Shown here piece after piece: positions 26,011 to 32,000 of a DNA stretch of 32,000 nucleotides. The position numbers were made by a program, and so were the translations under genes. The stretch lies in the NCBI RefSeq assembly GCF_009557235.1, contig NZ_CP045650.1, forward strand, positions 1,890,001 to 1,922,000, written 5' to 3'. Below the pieces are notes generated by a model. It was given only the letters and a program-made list of their open reading frames with translations, was not told where the DNA came from and did no database searches. Position 1 is the first letter of the stretch; each line of letters opens with the position of its first letter. This DNA comes from Acinetobacter wanghuae. GTDB lineage: Bacteria; Pseudomonadota; Gammaproteobacteria; Pseudomonadales; Moraxellaceae.

Positions 26011-27244
26011 AACGCAAAGCCTCCGCAGGTTGAATTTTTGCTGCACGTAATGCTGGATAAATCGTTGCGACAAAACTTAAAGCCAATGACAAACCCACGA
26101 TCACAAGTACATCTTGCCATCTTAAATAAGACGGTAAGTAGTTGATAAAGTAAGCATCGAACATATGTAAGCCAAGCGAATTATTCAACCAACCAATAAA
26201 TCCGCTAATACCGGTGGCAGCAATAATGCCGAGAATCGCACCCGCACATGTGCCAATCACACCAATAACAGTACCTTGCACCATGAAGATTTTAGTGATT
26301 GTTGCTGGTGAAGCACCAAGCGTACGTAAAATCGCGATGTCTGATTTTTTATCCGTTACTACCATCACCAATGAAGACACGATATTAAAGGCAGCGACCA
26401 GTACAATAAGGAATAGCAGCAAGCTCACCATGGCTTTTTCCATTTGAATGGCACTGAACAAATTACCGTGGGTATAAGTCCAATCTGATGCGTAGAAGTT
26501 AGCAGGTAAATCAGACACGATGTCACGTGATACTTGTGGTGCAAGGAAAATATCATCCAACTTCATACGCACACCCTGCGCACCGTCTGGTAGACGTAGC
26601 AAAGTAGCTGCATCGTTCAAAGCGATATAACCCATCATCGAATCTACTTCAGCACCAATACTGAAAATACCAACCACTTTAAAACGCTTAAAGCGCGGTA
26701 CAACACCTGCAGGAGAAGGTGTTGCTTCAGGTAAGACTAAAGTAATACTGTCATTTAGCCCCAGACCTAAGGCATCGGTTAATTGTTTACCGAGTACAAT
26801 TCCGAATTCACCTTTTTTCAGGCTATCGATGCTACCTTCGACCATATGATTTTGAATGATTGAGACTTTCTTTTCATAGTTGGGCTCAATCCCGGTCACC
26901 ATAATGCCAGACACTTGTCCTTGAGCGGTCAACATTCCTTGCAATTGCGTGAACGGTGCCGCACCTTGAACGTGTTCATGTTGTTCAATTTTCTTTGCAA
27001 GTTCCGGCCAATTTGGTAAAATTTGTGTTGAAGAAACAGTCGCTTGGGGAACCATCCCCAATACTCTATTCTTTAACTCTCGGTCAAAGCCGTTCATGAC
27101 AGATAATACTGTAATCAGAACAGCCACGCCTAGCGTGAGACCGATCATAGATACCAAAGCAATAAAAGAGATGAAGTGGTTACTACGCCGTGCGCGAGTA
27201 TATTTCAACCCTATATACAGCGAGATTGGTTTGAACATAACCAT
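26003..27244 (-). CDS. Lipoprotein-releasing system transmembrane protein (LolC/LolE family; the only copy at this locus, so LolF-like)
   Basis: IGLKYTRARRSNHFISFIALVSMIGLTLGVAVLI, MacB-like periplasmic domain, FtsX C-terminus (DIAILRTLGASPATI...YPALRAAKIQPAEALRYE). lolD is followed by a terminator and comEC, with no second permease gene. Confidence 0.88.
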   Translation of the reverse strand: MVMFKPISLYIGLKYTRARRSNHFISFIALVSMIGLTLGVAVLITVLSVMNGFDRELKNRVLGMVPQATVSSTQILPNWPELAKKIEQHEHVQGAAPFTQLQGMLTAQGQVSGIMVTGIEPNYEKKVSIIQNHMVEGSIDSLKKGEFGIVLGKQLTDALGLGLNDSITLVLPEATPSPAGVVPRFKRFKVVGIFSIGAEVDSMMGYIALNDAATLLRLPDGAQGVRMKLDDIFLAPQVSRDIVSDLPANFYASDWTYTHGNLFSAIQMEKAMVSLLLFLIVLVAAFNIVSSLVMVVTDKKSDIAILRTLGASPATITKIFMVQGTVIGVIGTCAGAILGIIAATGISGFIGWLNNSLGLHMFDAYFINYLPSYLRWQDVLVIVGLSLALSFVATIYPALRAAKIQPAEALRYE

Positions 27245-27264
27245 CTAGTCCGAGGTAATAAATA

Positions 27265-27828
27265 ATGGAAAATGTACAGCATCAAAACGTTTCTACGGAA
27301 AGACGCGTGATGTCACGTATCGATGCTGCCTTACGAATTAATTATCAGATTATTTCCGATGATGTTGCTTTAAATGATCCTTACGATCCTAACTTCGTAT
27401 TGCCTCGCTATTTTCTACTACTTGCAGAATTAGATCAATTTGATCACGCGTTAAACTACGAATTAGAACAATTATCTGAAAAAGATCAACAAATTGCTCG
27501 AATCTTATCCTTATTCAACCAAAAGTTAAACCTTATTACTGGTTCTTTGTATGACGCGATTGTACAAAGCATGTTACCTGTACCTGAGCAAGTCAACTTT
27601 TCAGAAACAGGATTTAGCTTCTTTACCGATCGTCCGATCACTGAAGGTGCCTATATTCACGTGACCTTAAGCCACCCTGAAAACTTCTTTCATGTCGCAG
27701 CAACCGCACAAGTGGTCTATAGCCGCGAAGAAGAAAATAATAAGTTCCGTACAGGTGCTTACTTTATTACGCTGCATCCGCAAGATCGCGCGAAATTAGG
27801 CGAATGTGTCAAAGCAGGCTTTGCTTAA
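27265..27828 (+). CDS. PilZ domain protein with a long helical insertion between the two c-di-GMP-binding motifs
   Basis: GAGG lies 9 nt upstream of the ATG. RRVMSR (RRxxxR, nt 27301-27318) and NFSETG ((D/N)xSxxG, nt 27595-27612). Confidence 0.7.
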   Translation: MENVQHQNVSTERRVMSRIDAALRINYQIISDDVALNDPYDPNFVLPRYFLLLAELDQFDHALNYELEQLSEKDQQIARILSLFNQKLNLITGSLYDAIVQSMLPVPEQVNFSETGFSFFTDRPITEGAYIHVTLSHPENFFHVAATAQVVYSREEENNKFRTGAYFITLHPQDRAKLGECVKAGFA

Positions 27829-27847
27829 AAGCGTCTGTCACATGTTG

Positions 27848-28750
27848 TTATGGGCGGGTATGAATACTCGCCTTAATTTCTTTTAGGAAATATAAAACCA
27901 AGCCGCTCAGTAAAATCACCACACCGACAAACGCCAAACCTGACAACTTCTCATCATTGAGCAACGAGCCAATAATTAAAGCAATGACCGGTGTTAATAC
28001 TGTGGTTAAAGACAATGTCGACGGTTTAATATTTTTGACCAATTTAAAATAACAGAACATCGCAATTAACGATGCCATAATGACTGCATACCCTAAACCA
28101 AATAAAGATTTCGCATGGGGCATTTCTGTTGGCGCAAACTGCCAAATAAACGGCAGCATGGCAGCAGCAAAAATCACGGAGATACTGATCGAACCTGCCG
28201 CTTGTGCCATCGGATCCATCGGTGCATTAATCTTTTTCACCCAAAACATTGACGCGCAATAAACCAAAACGCTCATTAAAGCCAAGCCAATGCCAATCGG
28301 TTGAATATGGTGATCGCTGCCACCTAAACAAATGACCGCTAATCCGACCACAGCAATTGCCATACCTAGCCATTGATTCAACGCCAGCTTAAGATTAAAA
28401 ACAAAACGACCAATTAAACCGGTAATAATCGGTGCTAAACCGAACATTAAAGCAATAATGCCTGAGCTTAAATAATAGGTTGACCAATAGATAAAAATTT
28501 GCGAACCGATAAAACTGCACGCCCCTGCCACATAGCTTTGTAAAGACAATTTATCGCGGGGGAAATGAACTTTAAATATCCACAGCAAAGCGAAGGCGAA
28601 TGGCAATGCTAAAAAAAAGCGCAGTGACAAAGCCCACATGGGATGTAAATCTGCCACGCTCCAAACAATGGCGAGTGGCGTAGTTGCCCAAATCAATACC
28701 AAAAGTGCATAGGTGAATATGATATTGTTTTGTGATGGTACTGTATTCAA
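27848..28750 (-). CDS. DMT superfamily (EamA-like) transporter
   Basis: A 300-aa protein with about 10 TM segments and two EamA-like halves. Directly abuts yaiI upstream. Confidence 0.8.
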   Translation of the reverse strand: MNTVPSQNNIIFTYALLVLIWATTPLAIVWSVADLHPMWALSLRFFLALPFAFALLWIFKVHFPRDKLSLQSYVAGACSFIGSQIFIYWSTYYLSSGIIALMFGLAPIITGLIGRFVFNLKLALNQWLGMAIAVVGLAVICLGGSDHHIQPIGIGLALMSVLVYCASMFWVKKINAPMDPMAQAAGSISISVIFAAAMLPFIWQFAPTEMPHAKSLFGLGYAVIMASLIAMFCYFKLVKNIKPSTLSLTTVLTPVIALIIGSLLNDEKLSGLAFVGVVILLSGLVLYFLKEIKASIHTRP

Positions 28751-29224
28751 CTAAAGCCCTGCTGTTTTACGTTTCTGTTTTTGAATAGTTTGATCTAATG
28801 CACTTGAGAATTCGCGTTTATCCCGCTCTGAAATGGGCGGTGGACCACCAGTCTGCACCCCTGCGCTGCGCAACGTATCCATAAAATCACGCAGATGCAA
28901 ACGTGCTTTGACATTGGCAGTGGTATAAATTTCACCGCGTGGATGAATCGCAATCCCACCATTTTCAATGACTTCAGCTGCCAATGGAATATCTTGAGTC
29001 ATGACAATATCATGCGGCTTCATACGGCGAATAATCTCTTTATCCGCAGCATCTGCACCACTCATGACTTGAATCGAATTAATCCGAACTGACGGTGTAA
29101 TACCCACCGACTGATTGGCAACAAAGGTTACTTCAAGTTGATAACGATCAGAGGCACGAATAATCACTTCACGTAAAATTCGTGGCAATGCGTCTGCATC
29201 GACCCATAATTTAAATGGCAGCAC
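28751..29224 (-). CDS. yaiI: YaiI/YqxD family protein (UPF0178, DUF188)
   Basis: [73 protein letters not shown] align closely with E. coli YaiI. Confidence 0.85.
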   Translation of the reverse strand: MLPFKLWVDADALPRILREVIIRASDRYQLEVTFVANQSVGITPSVRINSIQVMSGADAADKEIIRRMKPHDIVMTQDIPLAAEVIENGGIAIHPRGEIYTTANVKARLHLRDFMDTLRSAGVQTGGPPPISERDKREFSSALDQTIQKQKRKTAGL

Positions 29225-29475
29225 TCAATTTTCCAAAGACTTACAGAGTATTTTATTTTAGCAAACTCAGCCCATGAAGGCGTTGTCTAATTGCATCTAA
29301 ACATGTTCAGAACGCTGTGTTGTTTGTTCTTAAATTGAGGGGATGATGCTTGCTCAATCAGCTCAGCATTAACAGTCCTATAAATGCGCATTAATTTAAA
29401 ATTCGTGTATAGACTTGAAAAATCGAAATAACCCTCGATTAACTATAAATAAGCAACCTAAGATCACTTGTGCAT

Positions 29476-30408
29476 ATGAAAAATCAAAATAGCCCAGAGA
29501 TTGTCACTATTGATGATCAAAACTTCGGTAGTCATGTTGAACATTGGAATTTGCTTACAGAAAATCCCAATACGGATGTACCTAAGTGGTTAGGTTTGGC
29601 GTTGAATGCGCCTGTCATGCCAATGGGTATTTGCACACAAGAATGCGAGATGGATGAATCGACTTGGCTCATTCAAGGACCGAAAAAAGCGGCTGTGCAA
29701 CTGTCACAAGTCATTGCGGTAGACAATAATAAACCTCAGTCTGTCAAAACGGCGTTTCCAAGTTTTGAAAGCCCTTATAAAGTTCAAGCCAATATTGAAC
29801 GGATTATTACCTGCAAAACCAATACACAAGCGGTTCTACGCTTAAATTTAGGCATGAACAATATCATTTATGCCTTCGATAATTTATACAGCGTCAATCA
29901 TGCCCACTATGACAAAAACCAAAAATACACCGTCAATTTAAATGCTTGGGCATACGAGCTTGAAGCCGTGGCGGATCATGAACATCTAGTGGTCGATGAC
30001 CCTGCCTCAATTAAACATCATCGTGCTTTAAATGATATTTTGGCAGCCAATGACGGCGTTGCACCTGCCAACTTGCAAGAGCAAATTGATGCTTGGCAAC
30101 CGAAAAATGAAGATGATAAAGCTCCTGTGACGGTCGATTTTTCAAAAATGGTTGCTTATTTATATGGTGAAACCATTGGGCAAGAAGATGAAGCATGGTT
30201 CCAAGGCAATATCGTTGGTAAAAGCAGTATGCAATTTATGGATCAAGACTACTGTTTATATGATGTCGCATTGATTCATGACGAAGGACAAGCGGCAACT
30301 TTAATTCGTATTGCGACACGCGATCCAAAATTTAAAGATTTCCAAATTGGTCAATATATTCGCGGTAACTTATGGATTCAAGCCAGCATTTATAGCACTG
30401 CATCTTAA
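29476..30408 (+). CDS. Orphan cytoplasmic hypothetical protein (about 310 aa, acidic)
   Basis: Long clean ORF with its own upstream 245-bp intergenic region and its own terminator. No signal peptide or TM segment and no motif I recognise. The track start is a GTG at 29470; the first ATG is at 29476. Confidence 0.6.
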   Translation: MKNQNSPEIVTIDDQNFGSHVEHWNLLTENPNTDVPKWLGLALNAPVMPMGICTQECEMDESTWLIQGPKKAAVQLSQVIAVDNNKPQSVKTAFPSFESPYKVQANIERIITCKTNTQAVLRLNLGMNNIIYAFDNLYSVNHAHYDKNQKYTVNLNAWAYELEAVADHEHLVVDDPASIKHHRALNDILAANDGVAPANLQEQIDAWQPKNEDDKAPVTVDFSKMVAYLYGETIGQEDEAWFQGNIVGKSSMQFMDQDYCLYDVALIHDEGQAATLIRIATRDPKFKDFQIGQYIRGNLWIQASIYSTAS

Positions 30409-30430
30409 GTCGCCTGTTAAGCATGAAATG

Positions 30431-30470
30431 AAGGAGATATTCATAGTAAATGGATCTCTCCTTTTTTTTG
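30431..30470 (+). terminator. Rho-independent terminator after the 312-aa ORF
   Basis: AAGGAGA (30431-30437) / TCTCCTT (30457-30463), followed by a T8 run. The loop is long (19 nt). Confidence 0.5.
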
Positions 30471-30511
30471 GACATCAATATACTTAGACCTGATTTTAGG
30501 CTGATGATTAT

Positions 30512-30575
30512 TTACCCACAAACTCGTCTATTTTCCGCACAAATTAAATTCAAAAAATTAATACAGTTATCCACA
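30512..30575 (+). promoter_or_regulatory. Cluster of three same-orientation DnaA-box-like 9-mers
   Basis: TTACCCACA (30512-30520, 1 mismatch to TTATCCACA). TTTTCCGCA (30531-30539, 1 mismatch to the relaxed TTWTNCACA). TTATCCACA (30567-30575, perfect consensus). Confidence 0.4.
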
Positions 30576-30819
30576 ATTTTAAATTTAATAAATTCATCTT
30601 TTAAAATAACTTAATCTCTAACTTTGTGTTTAAAGAGTACATGAATTGCTGATGCCACTGCTGTTGTCAGGCTGATTTCGATCTTTATTCTAGTTGATGA
30701 ATAAAATACACGCTTTATGCGCTTTAATTCAGAATGTACTTTATTTAAGCAATTTTTTATGATAAAAATGCTTTTAACTCATATGAATTAACGATAAATA
30801 GATCGGACTATAAATATCT

Positions 30820-30960
30820 ATGAAAATCGTGCAAGAAGAAAATATACAGCAAATTGAGCATCATTTAAGCTCGCGCTATAACCTCGACATGATGTCTTGC
30901 CTGTTTTTTGTATTGGGTATGATTATGTGCGGCTTTATTTTGCATCTTTTTATTCTTTAA
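30820..30960 (+). CDS. Possible small membrane protein (46 aa); speculative and below the ORF-track length cutoff
   Basis: MKIVQEENIQQIEHHLSSRYNLDMMSCLFFVLGMIMCGFILHLFIL has a polar N-terminal half and one C-terminal TM helix. The stop lies 14 nt before a strong hairpin terminator. No convincing SD sequence. Confidence 0.25.
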   Translation: MKIVQEENIQQIEHHLSSRYNLDMMSCLFFVLGMIMCGFILHLFIL

Positions 30961-30973
30961 CCTTATTTTGATA

Positions 30974-31004
30974 TAAAAAAACCCAGCCTGAGCTGGGTTT
31001 TTTG
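30974..31004. terminator. Bidirectional rho-independent terminator after serC
   Basis: AAAAAAACCCAGC (30975-30987) / GCTGGGTTTTTT (30992-31003). Confidence 0.7.
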
Positions 31005-31014
31005 CATTTAGGAC

Positions 31015-32000
31015 TTATGCATTACGTTTTGCAAAGTCATCCATGAAGTTTACTAATGCTTGTACGCCTTCTAATGGTACGGCGTTATAAATACTTGCAC
31101 GCATACCACCCACTGAACGGTGACCTGCAAGATTTAACAAGTGATTTTCTTCAGCTTCTTTAAGGAACTGTTTTTCAAGTTCAGGTTTCGCCAATGTAAA
31201 TGGCACATTCATGATTGAACGGTATTCTTTGGCAATTGGGTTTGCATAGAAATCGCTTGCATCAATATAACCATACAACAATTCCGCTTTGGCAAGGTTG
31301 GCTTTATGAATCGCATCTACGCCACCTTGTTCAAGCAACCACTCAAACACTAAACCTGATAAGTACCAAGCATAAGTTGATGGTGTATTCACCATAGAAT
31401 CATTTTTCGCTTGAGCTGAATATTTCAAGATGCTTGGGATTTCTTCTTTCGCTTGATCCAATAAATCATCACGAATAATGACAAGAGTTAAGCCCGCAGG
31501 ACCGATATTTTTTTGTGCGCCTGCATAGATCACACCAAATTTAGTCACATCAATCGGTGCTGACAAAATGCTTGACGATAAGTCAGCAACCAAAGGTTTG
31601 TCTGTTTCAGGAATGCTTGCAAACTGAATACCGCCAATGGTTTCGTTATCTGCATAATGCACATAAGCCGCATCATCTGATAAGTTCCATGTGCTTTGTT
31701 CAGTAATCGCAAGTTTACCTTCAGCATCGGTTGTGCCCGCTTCGATGACATTAATATCACCGTAACGTTTTGCTTCTTTTAATGCTTTTTCTGACCAAAT
31801 ACCCGTATGGATATAATCAGCTTTATTGTTTTTGCCCAATAAGTTCAATGGAATTGCAGAGAACTGTAATGATGCCCCACCCTGTAAGAACAATACTTTG
31901 TAGTTCTCTGGAATGTTCATGAGTTTGCGTAGGTCAGCTTCTGCTTTTGCAGCAACTGCAACGTAGTCTGCACTACGATGGCTCATTTCCATGATCGAAA
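31015..32000 (-). CDS. serC: Phosphoserine aminotransferase SerC, 3' portion (N-terminus lies beyond the right window edge)
   Basis: MEMSHRSADY, FLQGGASLQF, YIHTGIWSEKA, the AGAQKNIGPAGLTLVIIR PLP-lysine region, and HRSVGGMRASIYNAVPLEGVQALVNFM. The frame stays open upstream of the internal Met at 31992. Confidence 0.92.
   Translation of the reverse strand, partial: SIMEMSHRSADYVAVAAKAEADLRKLMNIPENYKVLFLQGGASLQFSAIPLNLLGKNNKADYIHTGIWSEKALKEAKRYGDINVIEAGTTDAEGKLAITEQSTWNLSDDAAYVHYADNETIGGIQFASIPETDKPLVADLSSSILSAPIDVTKFGVIYAGAQKNIGPAGLTLVIIRDDLLDQAKEEIPSILKYSAQAKNDSMVNTPSTYAWYLSGLVFEWLLEQGGVDAIHKANLAKAELLYGYIDASDFYANPIAKEYRSIMNVPFTLAKPELEKQFLKEAEENHLLNLAGHRSVGGMRASIYNAVPLEGVQALVNFMDDFAKRNA

Noticed and set aside
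25590-26073. The long form of lolD (start 26073) and the internal ORF 25590..25805-.
   Set aside because: The 21-codon extension overlaps the conserved C-terminus of the permease. The ATG at 26010 gives the canonical LolD N-terminus with an ATGAGTAA-type overlap. The internal ORF is an alternative frame of lolD.
30480-30820. The DnaA-box cluster plus AT-rich DNA as the chromosomal origin (oriC).
   Set aside because: There are only three boxes, all in one orientation. I could identify no AT-rich 13-mer-type unwinding-element repeats, and there is no dnaA, dnaN, rpmH or gidA context. A secondary DnaA-binding or regulatory site is the more conservative reading and is kept as a finding.
1-32000. 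A visual search of the whole window for tRNA, rRNA, CRISPR arrays, IS elements, transposases, integrases, prophage genes and toxin-antitoxin pairs.
   Set aside because: No ORF product resembles a transposase, integrase or phage protein. I saw no spaced direct-repeat arrays, no cloverleaf-like GC-rich 75-90 nt islands in intergenic regions, and no terminal inverted repeats flanking any block. This was a by-eye search only; tRNAscan-SE, Infernal and ISfinder would be decisive.

Overview
This window looks like a core chromosomal segment of an Acinetobacter-like (Moraxellaceae) gammaproteobacterium. That taxon call is an inference from gene content, gene order and roughly 40% GC; nothing was searched. 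About 31 protein genes are supported, and most are housekeeping. In order they are: a secreted acetamidase/formamidase-family protein; ybgC-tolQ-tolR-tolA-tolB-pal; fbp; a TrmH-family RNA methyltransferase; a 3-gene ECF sigma operon; two large secreted proteins; hda plus an AI-2E transporter, divergent from purM-purN; an alpha/beta hydrolase with sppA; an LpxL/LpxM-family acyltransferase; comEC; lolD plus a single Lol permease; a PilZ protein; an EamA transporter with yaiI; an orphan 312-aa protein; and the 3' part of serC. I saw no rRNA, tRNA, CRISPR array, transposase or integrase. The best candidate for an under-described system is the tandem gene pair at 11712-15932. Each gene encodes a Sec signal peptide, an N-terminal CSLR(E/Q)A motif, a GGA-repeat body that looks like a parallel beta-helix, a DQR...CD(I/R)G motif, an Ig/cadherin-like module and a GlyGly-CTERM-type sorting tail. 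That tail implies dependence on a rhombosortase that is not encoded in this window. Secondary points of interest: an RpoE/AlgU-like promoter in front of the ECF sigma gene; three same-strand DnaA-box-like sites in an unusually long AT-rich gap between convergent genes; a PilZ protein with intact c-di-GMP motifs split by a roughly 90-residue helical insert; a very AT-rich left edge carrying an ORF missing from the supplied track; and recent in-frame tandem duplications in tolA.
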